DNA from: an uncultured archaeon
GTDB lineage: Archaea > Altiarchaeota > Altiarchaeia > JAFGQM01
Reading direction: 5' to 3'
DNA: 64,000 nt
Assembly (NCBI GenBank): GCA_964619365.1
Contig: CAZUDQ010000002.1
Location: forward strand, 68,715 to 132,714
Below are positions 8,722-20,454 of the stretch, in pieces (position 1 is the stretch's first letter; each line of letters starts with the position of its first letter). The notes below the pieces were generated by a model that ran no database searches, was not told where the DNA came from, and worked only from the letters and a program-made list of their open reading frames with translations. A program made the position numbers and the translations under genes.

Positions 8722-10320
8722 TTAAAGGACTTTTCCCATGTAAGGCCCGACTCTTTTGTATCCGTGTTTTCGGTAATAGTCTCGCGCGCCGATTCCTGAG
8801 ATTACATTTATCTTGTCAAGGCCCCATTCTTCCTTAGAAATCTTCTCGGCTTTAGAAAGAAGTTCGGCACCATAACCCCTGTGCTGCCATTTAGACCCTG
8901 CTTTTTCCCCTAAGCGTGCCATTGAGCCATAAACATGAAGCTCCCTGATTCCCGCAGCTCCAATCATCTCCTTTCTGTGTACTTCATCGCTTGGCAGGCG
9001 TAGTCTAAGGAAGCCTACAAGAAGGTCGTTTTCTGTTTCTTCAAAGGAGATGAAAGTTTCTTTTCCGCCTGATGCCTCGTAATCAACACGCTTAAGTTCT
9101 ATTGCATCGGGGTTCGGTGTGATTTTCTCTTTTGCCGTCTTTATTCCGATTTCACGGCAGCGGATGCAGGCGCAAGAGTCGCCATGCGCTTTCATTTCCG
9201 TTTCCACAAGCTCTCGTAAGTTTGATTTTTTGACACCATCAACCACAAAATTCACAGGTATGTCCCGCTGGATTCTTATGATGCGGCACCACTCCGGGAC
9301 TATTTTTTTTATTTCGGCAAGAACCTTAACTGCGTCTTCAGTAGAGTAAGGCTTAAACTCGCCCCGCTTCCACATCTCATAGAGTTTTGTCCCTTTGATT
9401 ACAAGGCAGGGGTAGAACTTAAGGAGGTCAGGCTTAAATCGCGGGTCTGAAAAAAGCTCGCGAAACATCGCCACATCCTGTTGTTTTTCAGCGAACAAAC
9501 CGGGCATCATCTGGTAGCACACTTTAAGAAGAGAGTCGCGGCAAAGCTGGGTTGCGTGCGTTACCTCTTCAATCCCATGTCCGCGCTCTACAAGCTTATA
9601 AACCTCATCACTCAAGGTCTGGACGCCAAGTTCGACTTTTGTCCCCCCAAGCCTTAGCATCTCGTCAATTTCCTTTTCAAAGGCATAATCCGGGCGTGTC
9701 TCAAAGGTCATTCCGATACATCTAACTTTCGCCTTTTCGTTTTCTTCCTGAATCTTGATTAGGCTGGCATCAGAACTGGAAATTGATTTAGGATAGTCGT
9801 TCATCGCCCTTAGACATTCCCCCACAAAATACTCCTGGTATTCTGTTTCAAGAGATGGGAGTGTCCCACCCATAGTTATTAGTTCGCATTTGTCGATTGG
9901 GTGGCCTATTGTGTCAAGTTGCTCAAGCCGTGCGTGCACTTGCTTGTAGGGATCATACCCATGCATGACTGCGCGTCTTGCGGCAGGCTCCTTTCCAGTG
10001 TAAGACTGCGGGACATCTAAATCGAGACCGCCGGGGCAGTATATGCATTTGCCGTGCGGGCACTTGTGGGGTTTTGTCATAGCAGCAATTACAGCGACGC
10101 CTGAAGCCGTTCTTGTAGGCTTTTTTTGAAGAAGAAAAAGGACGCTTGGAATCTCTTCTTTTGTTGCAAAAAAGAGTACGTCAGAATTCCTTGGCATTGA
10201 AGAGAGGCCAAATTGCGCCGCAAGGAATGCTTTTTCTCGGGAAAGGTCTTTTTCGTCCTTGATACTACCATCACGAATCCCCTCGATTATCTTTCTTGCA
10301 AGTTTTTCTGGCGCTGCCAT
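8722..10320 (-). CDS. elp3: Elp3 radical-SAM/acetyltransferase, tRNA U34 modification
   Basis: CPHGKCIYCPGG, QSYTGKEP, ETRPD, RIQRDIP, RELHVYG, QHRGYG. Confidence 0.97.
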   Translation of the reverse strand: MAAPEKLARKIIEGIRDGSIKDEKDLSREKAFLAAQFGLSSMPRNSDVLFFATKEEIPSVLFLLQKKPTRTASGVAVIAAMTKPHKCPHGKCIYCPGGLDLDVPQSYTGKEPAARRAVMHGYDPYKQVHARLEQLDTIGHPIDKCELITMGGTLPSLETEYQEYFVGECLRAMNDYPKSISSSDASLIKIQEENEKAKVRCIGMTFETRPDYAFEKEIDEMLRLGGTKVELGVQTLSDEVYKLVERGHGIEEVTHATQLCRDSLLKVCYQMMPGLFAEKQQDVAMFRELFSDPRFKPDLLKFYPCLVIKGTKLYEMWKRGEFKPYSTEDAVKVLAEIKKIVPEWCRIIRIQRDIPVNFVVDGVKKSNLRELVETEMKAHGDSCACIRCREIGIKTAKEKITPNPDAIELKRVDYEASGGKETFISFEETENDLLVGFLRLRLPSDEVHRKEMIGAAGIRELHVYGSMARLGEKAGSKWQHRGYGAELLSKAEKISKEEWGLDKINVISGIGARDYYRKHGYKRVGPYMGKVL

Positions 10321-10327
10321 AGTAAAT

Positions 10328-10912
10328 TTATTCTATTTTCTTTAGAAGAGCCGCCATGTTTTTCCCGAGGTTCCTTGAAGTCTCCTGCCCGTCCTTGTCA
10401 TCCTTTGTCTCACCCAAAGCGTGACCCACACCTATTCCTCCAAAGTGTGCTGTTGGGGCAGAGTCCCCGACGACAATTCCTCCGTGAAGAGTAAACCAGC
10501 GTTGTATTGTAGCAACAACATATTCTTGTCCCCCGTTTCTTGAGGCTCCAACGGCAATTGCCCCGCCAACTTTTCCTGCTAGTTGGAAGCCCTGACGCCT
10601 AAGTGGGACGCTTCTTTCAAAAAGCATAGAAATGCGACTTGACACGTTTGAAAAATATGTTGGACTACCAATTATTATCCCACCAGCTTCTGTTAACATA
10701 GGTATGATTTCATCCATATCATCCCTTTGAACACAGGATGGACCAGTACTACACGCACCACATGCTTTACAGGGATTGATGTCCTTAGTTGAAAGGTTAA
10801 GGAACTTTGTCTCAAAACCCTCCTTTTCGCATTCTTCAAGGGCCGCTTTTACAAGCACGTCAGTATTCCCATTAAGCCTTCCGCCAGATATTCCAAGAAT
10901 CATTTTAATCAA
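10328..10912 (-). CDS. Iron-sulfur flavoprotein / flavodoxin family
   Basis: GNT, CKACGACSTGPSC, GSPTYF, RNGGQE. Confidence 0.9.
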   Translation of the reverse strand: MIKMILGISGGRLNGNTDVLVKAALEECEKEGFETKFLNLSTKDINPCKACGACSTGPSCVQRDDMDEIIPMLTEAGGIIIGSPTYFSNVSSRISMLFERSVPLRRQGFQLAGKVGGAIAVGASRNGGQEYVVATIQRWFTLHGGIVVGDSAPTAHFGGIGVGHALGETKDDKDGQETSRNLGKNMAALLKKIE

Positions 10913-10930
10913 GAATTTAAAGCTATTTTT

Positions 10931-12034
10931 CTAAAGAAGAGTCCGCGGGATTTCTCCCGCCCTTAAACCAAGGTCTGCTACAGTGAGAGCCGCCATGGCC
11001 TCAACTACGGGCACCGCGCGCGGCACGATACAGGGGTCATGTCTGCCTTCAATCTTAATCTTTGCCTCTTTCATCTTCCCCAAATCAACAGTCTTTTGTT
11101 CCTTTGATATGGATGCTGTCGGCCTGAATGCCACTCTTGCAACAATCGGCATGCCGTTTGTTATGCCTCCAGTTATCCCGCCGGCGTTATTGGTCTTTGT
11201 AACAATAGCGTCATCAACAAGGTCAATTTCATCATTAAACTCACTCCCGCGCATGACAGTTGAGGAAAATCCAGCTCCGATTTCAACGCCTTTAACGCCG
11301 GGAATTGACATTAGTGCTCCTGCAAGCTCTGAGTTCATTTTACCGAAGACAGGTTCGCCAAGTCCTGCGGGGCATCCAAGGATGACAAGTTCAACAATCC
11401 CGCCAAGGCTGTCAAGCTCTTCTTTTGCAAGAAGGATTTCTTTTTCCATTAACCCTGCGGCTTTCCTGTCAAGGCAGCGCACGCTGTTTCCATAGACCGC
11501 CTTTTTGGCTTTTACAACGTCACTCACATCAAGGCTTTTAGCCTCAATGTTTCCAATAGATTTTGTGTAAGTGAGAACATGACAGTTAAGGACTTCAGAG
11601 AGTATCTTTTTGGCAACAGCTCCACCTGCAACGCGGCCTATTGTTTCCCGCGCACTTGAACGTCCTCCGCCGCGCCAGTCGCGCACGCCGAATTTCACCT
11701 GCCAGGCAAGATCTGCGTGACCTGGTCGTGGAGTGTCTATTATTGCTTTATATTTTGAAGAATCAGCGTCTTTATTCCTGACAAGCATCCCGATTGGAGT
11801 CCCCATTGTAATACCCTCAAATACGCCTGAAAGTATCTCGATTTTGTCCTCTTCGTTTCGTGAGGTAGTAATATCGCTTTGACCTGGGCGGCGTCGGTCA
11901 AGGTCCCTTTGGATTTCTTTTTCGTTTAGTTCCAGGCCAGATGGCACACCGTCAAGCACACAACCTACCGAAGTCCCATGGCTTTCACCCCACGTACTAA
12001 GGGTGAGCGCTTCACCAAAGCTGTTTTTTTTCAT
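10931..12034 (-). CDS. aroC: Chorismate synthase
   Basis: GESHG, RRRPG, PRPGHAD, GGRSSARET, GRHDPC. Confidence 0.97.
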   Translation of the reverse strand: MKKNSFGEALTLSTWGESHGTSVGCVLDGVPSGLELNEKEIQRDLDRRRPGQSDITTSRNEEDKIEILSGVFEGITMGTPIGMLVRNKDADSSKYKAIIDTPRPGHADLAWQVKFGVRDWRGGGRSSARETIGRVAGGAVAKKILSEVLNCHVLTYTKSIGNIEAKSLDVSDVVKAKKAVYGNSVRCLDRKAAGLMEKEILLAKEELDSLGGIVELVILGCPAGLGEPVFGKMNSELAGALMSIPGVKGVEIGAGFSSTVMRGSEFNDEIDLVDDAIVTKTNNAGGITGGITNGMPIVARVAFRPTASISKEQKTVDLGKMKEAKIKIEGRHDPCIVPRAVPVVEAMAALTVADLGLRAGEIPRTLL

Positions 12035-12149
12035 TGCCTTGTATTTTGAAGCTGGAAAAAGAAAAGAAAAGAATTTTTAGATTAAGTTTTTTTATAACCG
12101 GTTTCTAAATTCTAGCATTTAATTTTTGAAGAATCATTCAGACAAGTAA

Positions 12150-13505
<1,356 letters not shown>

Positions 13506-13525
13506 TTCCCTTTTTTTCTTATTTT

Positions 13526-14332
13526 TTAATCCATTGAGCGCTTCATCAAAGACTCAAAGAGACCTTCAGGCAAGAATCGCTTAAGGAGGATAAGCCTATT
13601 TGCCGATGCGGGAACTGGATAGCGCGCCTTTGGGTTCTTTTTTGTTGCAGCACTTAGGATTGCCTTAGCGACAACATCTGGTCCAGCGCATTTTTCATAT
13701 TCTTTTTCCAGATATTTCTCAACGCCTTTTGCGCCTTTTTCATAATCTTTAGTCTTGATATTATCAAGAAGCGACTTTCTGGCAATAGAGTCCCAGTTTG
13801 TCTTTACCTGTCCTGGTTCAACCAATACCACTTTTATCCCGAAGGGCTCGACTTCAAGGCGCATAGCATCACTTAAAGCTTCAATCGCGTATTTTGATGC
13901 AGAGTACCAGCCGTGGAATGGCGCGCTCAACCTCCCTGCAATAGATGAAACGTTTATTATTCGCCCACCCTCATGTTTTCTCATTATGGGAAGGACTAAT
14001 TGTGCAAGAGCCATAGCCCCAAAAACATTGACTTCAAACTCAGATTTAGCGTCTTTTTCATCAACGTCTTCTATTGCCCCAAGTTCGCCGTATCCTGCGT
14101 TATTGATTAGAATGTCTAGTCTTCCTTGTTCCTTTAGAATCTTAGCTATGGCGCTTTTCCTGCTTGCTTTATTCGCGACATCAAGGTTTAAGGGACTGCA
14201 GGCCGGAGGTACGTTTTTGTCTATTGCGTGTCTTGAGGCGGCATAAACTATAAAGCCGTTTTTTGAAAGGATGTCTGATGTCGCGTATCCTATGCCCGAA
14301 GTCGCGCCTGTGACTAGAGCTACTTTATCCAA
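13526..14332 (-). CDS. Short-chain dehydrogenase/reductase
   Basis: TGATSGIG, NNAG, YSASK. Confidence 0.92.
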   Translation of the reverse strand: MDKVALVTGATSGIGYATSDILSKNGFIVYAASRHAIDKNVPPACSPLNLDVANKASRKSAIAKILKEQGRLDILINNAGYGELGAIEDVDEKDAKSEFEVNVFGAMALAQLVLPIMRKHEGGRIINVSSIAGRLSAPFHGWYSASKYAIEALSDAMRLEVEPFGIKVVLVEPGQVKTNWDSIARKSLLDNIKTKDYEKGAKGVEKYLEKEYEKCAGPDVVAKAILSAATKKNPKARYPVPASANRLILLKRFLPEGLFESLMKRSMD

Positions 14333-14880
14333 TTTAATATCTTTGGAGGGTTTCTTGTTCCCTTGCTTTCCTTTGCGGGATAACCGAGCATGACAATGCC
14401 CAAAACATCGTTTTCCTTAGGCATGCCGATCTTTTCTAGAAGTGGTGCATCGGCACCTACTGCTTCGCCAAATCCACCCCAACAAGAACCTAGTCCTAAA
14501 TCATATGCTTTTAAAAACATATTTTCTATCGCAAGTGCGACATCCTTGATATTGATTTCGCGCATCATGCCTTCTGCTTTTTTGCAGGTGACAAGGATAA
14601 GGGCTGGCGCTCTGTAAAAGATAGTGTCTTCTTTTGAGGTAAAATACCCAGAGTAGTTTTCCATGCCCGGGGCATTAAGGAGCGTCTTTTTAGCAGAGTC
14701 GCTAATCTCTTTTATAAGCTCAGGGTTTTCTATAATAATAAACTCCCATGGCTGTGAATTAAGGCCGCATGGTGCCCAGATGCCCGCATCGATAATGACA
14801 TCAATCTTTTCCTTTTCAACCTTTTTGTCAAGGTACGCCCTTACCGAGCGCCTTTCCTTTATTGCCTTGTCAAGTTCCAT
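14320..14880 (-). CDS. Nitroreductase family protein
   Basis: RRSVRAY, APCGLNSQPW, LGLGSCW, LGYP. Confidence 0.92.
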   Translation of the reverse strand: MELDKAIKERRSVRAYLDKKVEKEKIDVIIDAGIWAPCGLNSQPWEFIIIENPELIKEISDSAKKTLLNAPGMENYSGYFTSKEDTIFYRAPALILVTCKKAEGMMREINIKDVALAIENMFLKAYDLGLGSCWGGFGEAVGADAPLLEKIGMPKENDVLGIVMLGYPAKESKGTRNPPKILNWIK

Positions 14881-14945
14881 TTTTTATTGCGTATTTTTAT
14901 TAGGCTAGAGTTTATATTACTAGAATAGGCAGTTAACCAATTAAA

Positions 14946-15635
14946 ATGGTTTCAAAAAACATAGACAGGGTTTCTACAGGGGTAAAAGGACTTGACGAAC
15001 TAATTGAAGGTGGAGTGCCAAAAGGGTCTGTTATACTAGTATCAGGAGCGCCTGGTGCCGGGAAGACAATCTTAGGGATGCAGTTCCTCGAAGCGGGTCT
15101 GAAAAAAGGGACAAAATGCGCTTATGTCACAATCGAAGAGCGCCCGGAAAAGATTGTTGAACAAGCCGAGCAGTTCGGGTTTTTCAAAAAAGCTCCTGAG
15201 ATGCTTTCAGCAAAAGATGTTAAATACGATATCGGCTGGAAAAAACCTGACGCGATAGAAGAGAAGATAAAACTTGTCCTTGAGAAATTAAAGCAAAAGA
15301 AGGTAGAACTTGTCGTAATCGATTCAATCAGCTCGCTTTCACTTGAGGATGGAATCCTTGCTAGAAGGTTATCGCGCCAGCTTATTGAAGGACTATACAA
15401 CATTGGGGTTACTGCAATGATTACTGGGGAAGCCTTAGACGGGGATTATCCTGATGCAGTGACGCCGTTTTTGGTGGACGGAGTTATCTTAATAAAAAAG
15501 ATCGAAGCATTAGACAAAAGATCGATAAGCGTGTCAAAGATGAGACAGACTTCAATGACTCTAAAACCACAAACCTTGTCGATAAAGAAAGGAACAGGTC
15601 TTATTGTAGAGAAAGAAATGAAGCAAATTTTGTAA
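14946..15635 (+). CDS. Single-domain KaiC/RAD55 family ATPase
   Basis: STGVKGLDELIEGG, GAPGAGKT, TIEE, VIDSIS, VDGVI, KMRQT. Confidence 0.9.
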   Translation: MVSKNIDRVSTGVKGLDELIEGGVPKGSVILVSGAPGAGKTILGMQFLEAGLKKGTKCAYVTIEERPEKIVEQAEQFGFFKKAPEMLSAKDVKYDIGWKKPDAIEEKIKLVLEKLKQKKVELVVIDSISSLSLEDGILARRLSRQLIEGLYNIGVTAMITGEALDGDYPDAVTPFLVDGVILIKKIEALDKRSISVSKMRQTSMTLKPQTLSIKKGTGLIVEKEMKQIL

Positions 15636-15678
15636 GATATATAGTTTAATAAAACACATTCCACGATATCCCCTTAAA

Positions 15679-16266
15679 ATGAATATGTATCTGTTGTTTG
15701 CAGTCTTCGCATTTTTAGGGGCAGCTATAAAATACGTGGATCAAGCCTATGATACAGGAATTTTTAATAAGAAAGTAGCATTAATTTTAGCTGCCATAAG
15801 TGGCATTCTAATGGGGTATGTCATTACCCAGGATAGCATCGCAGGCATGTTAGTTCTTTCGTTTGTTATCTTCGCGATAGCTTCAAGAAAAGTAGACAAT
15901 AAAGCATTTATTCTAACCGCAGCGTTTACACTAATTATACCCCTCATTGCAATTCTTTATGGCCAAACAGTAACAATAGACTGGTTAATATTTTTAGTGT
16001 TCATAGTTTCTGGAATTATTGATGAAGAAGGTAATCGTAGATCCTACAAAGGGAGGCTTCCAGAACCTATTGCAATATTCTTTAGGTATCGCATGTTCAT
16101 GAAAGTAACGGTTTTCCTAATGGCGGCCTTAGGTTTTTATGGATTTGAATACTTTATAGCCTTTATACTATTTGATTTAACATATCTAATCATAGATATA
16201 TACAGCAAAAAGTTACTTAAGGTACACTACTCCAAAAAATGGCCTCAAACGAAACTAAAATCCTAA
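15679..16266 (+). CDS. Polytopic membrane protein of unknown function
   Basis: About 6 TM helices with charged motifs GAAIKYVDQAYD, KVDN, GIIDEEGN. Confidence 0.7.
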   Translation: MNMYLLFAVFAFLGAAIKYVDQAYDTGIFNKKVALILAAISGILMGYVITQDSIAGMLVLSFVIFAIASRKVDNKAFILTAAFTLIIPLIAILYGQTVTIDWLIFLVFIVSGIIDEEGNRRSYKGRLPEPIAIFFRYRMFMKVTVFLMAALGFYGFEYFIAFILFDLTYLIIDIYSKKLLKVHYSKKWPQTKLKS

Positions 16267-16619
16267 CAATACTTGAAGAGAATCTGTTAAGTTTAGATGA
16301 TATACTAGCATGTATGGTTGCTAGAAAAGGTATGGAAGGGGTTGTCCCACCCATGGAAAAATTTAAAATAAATGACATGGGCGTTTGGCAGGTACTCCAA
16401 AAGACCATGGACGATTTTTTTACTGTTATAGAGGCTTATTCGGAGTACGGTCTTGACAAAGTATATTTTGAATTAGGTAATTATGATGTCATGTTTTATA
16501 TTCTACCAAAAACAAATGTTGCCCTTGTTGCAATAGTGCCCGCGCTTTCTAATAGGGGTTTATTGGAAGTTGAATTAGAAAATGCCCGAATCAAGATAAT
16601 AAATACGTTAGATGACTGA
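16239..16619 (+). CDS. Roadblock/LC7-like protein
   Basis: 126 aa, alpha-beta-beta-alpha-beta-beta-beta-alpha pattern, ILACMVARKGMEG and NRGLLEVELEN. Confidence 0.6.
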   Translation: MASNETKILTILEENLLSLDDILACMVARKGMEGVVPPMEKFKINDMGVWQVLQKTMDDFFTVIEAYSEYGLDKVYFELGNYDVMFYILPKTNVALVAIVPALSNRGLLEVELENARIKIINTLDD

Positions 16620-17940
16620 AAAGTTCAAGATAGGCATTGGAGTGTCTCAGGAACATGATTCGTTAAGAGCAGGGGAAGATGCGATTTCAAGGTCATTGAA
16701 AAATTTAGGGACAAAACCAAATTTAGTTTTATTATTTGCCACAATCAATTATAAAAAATCCGGCGGATTCCAAAAATTGTTAGACGGAGTTTGGAAAAAA
16801 TTAGATGACAAAACAAGATTAGTTGGGAGCACAGTAACGGGGTTCATAGTTCCAGAAGGATGTTTTACTAATGGAGTTATAGCATATTCTATTTCTTATT
16901 CACAGATGGATGTCGCCATAGCAATTGGTAAAAATACAAAGAAAAATCCTCAAATGGCAGGGAAAAAATGTGCAGAAGCTCTTAAAAAAGAACTTTTGAA
17001 TTCAAAATACTCCAATGGATTTGTGTTCGAGTTTATTTCCTCCAATACGGTTGTACAAATGCCAGGCATAAAAGGTAAACGAGTTATAAGAGCTAGTAAT
17101 AATACTCTCAATTACGTCTTAGATATATTCTCCAGCAAACTTTTTGGTTTTATAAATGCAGTTCTCCAAAAAGGTTCTGGGAAAGAGGAAGATGTATTCG
17201 GGAGTTTTAGTGAAAAACTGTCCAATTTTAACATTATTGGAGGTTCTTCTGTTGATGATCTAAGAATGATTGAAAATTATCAGTTCTATAACCAGGAAGT
17301 TGTTACAAATTCTATAGTTGCAGCGGCCATAAAGTCAGACCTAAACACGAAGTTAAATAGCACCCAAGGCATTCAAGAAACTCCAATAAAATTAAATGTT
17401 AAATTAAGGGCCGGGGGCAGGACAATTCATAAAATCAACGGGAAACCTGCAATAAAAGAATTTTTAAATTTAATGGGATGGCCCAAAGAGGTGTTGGATG
17501 AGAAAAAATTACTGAGACATACCTTTTTTTTCCCACTTGGTGAGTACAGAGACAATATATTATATCCTCATGTAATTGGATGGATTGTTGGAAATGACAT
17601 ATTGTGTGGTTACAAGATAGATTCAACGGAGTTAAGAGTTATGTCCTCATCAGGTAAAGATATTATAAACTCAGTAGATCAAAATCTTTCAGTTTTTGAT
17701 AGCGATAAGGTACTAGCCGGAATGATATGTTCATGTGCAACCAGGTTGGATTCACTAGGTGGTGGCGTATTCGAGATTAGACGAAAATTATTGGAATTTT
17801 TTGGTGAAAACCCATTTTTGCTAGTGTATCTTGGTGGAGAAGATATCAATTCAGAAGAACAAACAAAACATGCGTATGAAAATTTCAATGTTATGGTTTT
17901 AGAAAAACCTGATACTAATGAGAATTTCAATGGACAGTAA
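16612..17940 (+). CDS. FIST domain sensory protein
   Basis: IGIGVS...AGEDA, LVGSTVTG, IIGGSS, IHKINGKPA, CSCATR, YLGGE, YENF. Confidence 0.85.
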   Translation: MTEKFKIGIGVSQEHDSLRAGEDAISRSLKNLGTKPNLVLLFATINYKKSGGFQKLLDGVWKKLDDKTRLVGSTVTGFIVPEGCFTNGVIAYSISYSQMDVAIAIGKNTKKNPQMAGKKCAEALKKELLNSKYSNGFVFEFISSNTVVQMPGIKGKRVIRASNNTLNYVLDIFSSKLFGFINAVLQKGSGKEEDVFGSFSEKLSNFNIIGGSSVDDLRMIENYQFYNQEVVTNSIVAAAIKSDLNTKLNSTQGIQETPIKLNVKLRAGGRTIHKINGKPAIKEFLNLMGWPKEVLDEKKLLRHTFFFPLGEYRDNILYPHVIGWIVGNDILCGYKIDSTELRVMSSSGKDIINSVDQNLSVFDSDKVLAGMICSCATRLDSLGGGVFEIRRKLLEFFGENPFLLVYLGGEDINSEEQTKHAYENFNVMVLEKPDTNENFNGQ

Positions 17941-17945
17941 TACAA

Positions 17946-19112
17946 CTAATTGAGATTTATTAATTTTTGGTTTAAAACATCCCGTACCTCTTCTATCTCC
18001 AATTTAAGTGAATTTTTAAGCTCTTTAGATCCTATTAAGTTTGAAAAAAGCCCAAAATTTAGAAGCGCGGCTTTTTTTGAATCCTGCAACATATTTATTT
18101 TAAGCATAAGATTAGCCATTTCCTTAGAATATTCTAATTCTTCACCTAAACTTTCATTAAGTCTAGTTATATATTCAGTTAATTCACCTGAACCTAGGAT
18201 AAACTCCGATGCCACTTCTCCCGCAATATTTCCTGCAATAATACCTGGAAGATTGCCCTCAAAGAATGGTTTTATGTTATGATTTGCGGAGTCCCCAACC
18301 AACAAGATGTTATTTTCCATAATTTTTTTATTTTGGGTTAGGGTTACGCCCCCACTACGATCAACGAATGCACTGGCCGATAAAATTAAATTCTTTATTT
18401 TATTGCTTTGCAAAAAAATATCAAAAGACCTCAGTGCATTTTCCCTAGAACTTACTGAAACCACTCCAATTAGTGCCCTTTTGTTATCAATTGGAAAAAG
18501 AAATGGATAATCATAAGGAGTCTCCTCATTAAAATACATATAATCAAATTCTGGAGCGTCCAAAGAGATTCCAACATATTCCCTACAAACTACGTATGCA
18601 ACAGTTTTTTTGTTTTGTGGGAATATATTTTCAAAAACTGAGGAATTGACTCCATCCGCCCCGATTATCACCTTAGGTTTTAGTGAAAATTCATCTTTAT
18701 AATGACGTATAACTGCCACGGGGTGAGATGTATTGCCATCTTTTATTGAAACGAGTTCATGGCCAGTCAACACCTTAGTACCAGCTTCCTTTGCCTCTTT
18801 TGTAATGTGTTCTAGAAAACCTTTTTTATTGATGCTTAATCCACCCCAGTAGTCCCCAGATAACTCTACAAAAAAATCATCAAGAGAAAATCGTAGTCCC
18901 CTAATTTCTCGAGAAATAAACTTTTTTGGGATTTTAAATGGAAGTTTCCCCATTAAATAGTTGCTAAAACCCTCTCCACATTGAATGAAATTTCCGATTT
19001 CATCCTTTTTTTCGATTAGGATTGTATTTGCGCCACCTAATGCGGCACTTCTAGCTGCTGCAACACCCGCAGGTCCAGCACCCACCACTAAAACATCGCA
19101 GTCGTAATCCAT
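17946..19112 (-). CDS. Geranylgeranyl reductase-like FAD-dependent oxidoreductase (divergent)
   Basis: VVGAGPAG, QCGEG, IGADGVNS, LVGDSA; canonical YxWxFP and PxxGGGI are altered. Confidence 0.8.
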   Translation of the reverse strand: MDYDCDVLVVGAGPAGVAAARSAALGGANTILIEKKDEIGNFIQCGEGFSNYLMGKLPFKIPKKFISREIRGLRFSLDDFFVELSGDYWGGLSINKKGFLEHITKEAKEAGTKVLTGHELVSIKDGNTSHPVAVIRHYKDEFSLKPKVIIGADGVNSSVFENIFPQNKKTVAYVVCREYVGISLDAPEFDYMYFNEETPYDYPFLFPIDNKRALIGVVSVSSRENALRSFDIFLQSNKIKNLILSASAFVDRSGGVTLTQNKKIMENNILLVGDSANHNIKPFFEGNLPGIIAGNIAGEVASEFILGSGELTEYITRLNESLGEELEYSKEMANLMLKINMLQDSKKAALLNFGLFSNLIGSKELKNSLKLEIEEVRDVLNQKLINLN

Positions 19113-19146
19113 ATCTATTTATACAATCCTAGACTAAAAATACATT

Positions 19147-19950
19147 ATGAACCCCACGAATGAATTCTTCACGAACGAAGAAGAATTTAACAAATTTTTG
19201 GGCATGACTGATCACTATAAAAGTCTTCAGGATAAAGTTGTTAGGCTGGTCAATCCCAAGTCAGGCCAAGTTATAATCGAAGTGGGTTGCGGGACTGGTT
19301 CGACCGCAATAACTCTAGCAAAGAAATGCTCAGAAGCACAGATAATAGCTGTAGACAATAGGGTTGAGGTAATCAAGGAAGCAGAGCGTATAGCAAAACG
19401 GGAAGGTGTAAAGAATATAGATTTTGTAGAACTTGATATGGCAGACATAGGCAACTTTATTCGAAAACACAATATAAACCCTAACACCATGTTATTCTTA
19501 TATTCGTTTCATCACATCCCAGATCCAATATCTAATAAAATAAAGGTAGCAAAAGATATTTTTGATTCCTGCCCAAATGGTACTAAAGTAATTATCGGCG
19601 ATGGACTAGTTCCAGTATCTCATACTAACAAAAAATATTCTCAGGAAGTCTTTAAACAAGAAAAGCCGCGTCCCCACCAAACCTATCTATCAGTTTTTTG
19701 GGAACAATATATTAAAAATCTTGAGTCAGGAATCGCAGATGAAGACTGCATTAAAGATGCGGTCAATATTGCTAAAGAATCTGAAGAAATGGAAAGGTCC
19801 TTTGCAGATATGATAGCAAACAGAGATGGTGAGTTTTTGTTATCTCTAGACGAGTTTAAAAAAGTTTGGACGGACGCAGGTTTTAATATTCAAGTATGTG
19901 AGGCGATTAATTCTCTTGGAGAAACAATTGCGATTTGTATTAAGGAGTAA
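19147..19950 (+). CDS. Class I SAM-dependent methyltransferase
   Basis: IEVGCGTG, AVD, YSFHHI. Confidence 0.85.
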   Translation: MNPTNEFFTNEEEFNKFLGMTDHYKSLQDKVVRLVNPKSGQVIIEVGCGTGSTAITLAKKCSEAQIIAVDNRVEVIKEAERIAKREGVKNIDFVELDMADIGNFIRKHNINPNTMLFLYSFHHIPDPISNKIKVAKDIFDSCPNGTKVIIGDGLVPVSHTNKKYSQEVFKQEKPRPHQTYLSVFWEQYIKNLESGIADEDCIKDAVNIAKESEEMERSFADMIANRDGEFLLSLDEFKKVWTDAGFNIQVCEAINSLGETIAICIKE

Positions 19951-20010
19951 TATATATCAAAGAATATTAACTTATAATTCAATTAACAATCCCACATGCT
20001 GATTTGTTAT

Positions 20011-20382
20011 CTATGAAGGAATCAGAACAAGCTTCTCAGCCCCGTTTCTCCTAAAATCCCGCACAAGTTCATTTATCTGCGCTCCGTCTCCAGCCAGAAC
20101 AAAAAGTTCTGTGCAACGCCCGTCAGCAAGATGTGTGTGAACTTGTGTCTCGATAAGGTCCTCAAAAACGTGCTTGATTTTAGTTAGCGCCTCCTCTTTT
20201 TCCTTTTTGTGTGCCATTATAAGAACGCATTTGGTCTCACCTTCAAGTTTTTCCTGTTTAGTCTCAAGGAGTGCCCGAAGCCCGGTGCGGAATACATCAG
20301 AGCGCGACTTGTAACCGTCGCTTGCAAGAAGCTCATCAACCTTTTTTAGCTCATCACTTTTAATCGAGATTGTTGTTATCAT
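20011..20382 (-). CDS. NikR/CopG family ribbon-helix-helix metal-responsive regulator
   Basis: ITTISI...GYKSRSDVFR RHH; C-terminal H...HTH...C metal ligands. Confidence 0.85.
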   Translation of the reverse strand: MITTISIKSDELKKVDELLASDGYKSRSDVFRTGLRALLETKQEKLEGETKCVLIMAHKKEKEEALTKIKHVFEDLIETQVHTHLADGRCTELFVLAGDGAQINELVRDFRRNGAEKLVLIPS

Positions 20383-20414
20383 TTTATTAAGTTTAGGGGC
20401 TTTTAGCTTAAAAG

Positions 20415-20442
20415 TTATTAACTATTTTATATAAGTTAATAA
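20415..20442. promoter_or_regulatory. Inverted-repeat operator between the regulator and znuA
   Basis: TTATTAACT-N10-AGTTAATAA perfect 9-bp arms in the 72-bp divergent gap. Confidence 0.6.
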
Positions 20443-20454
20443 TATAGACTAGCC

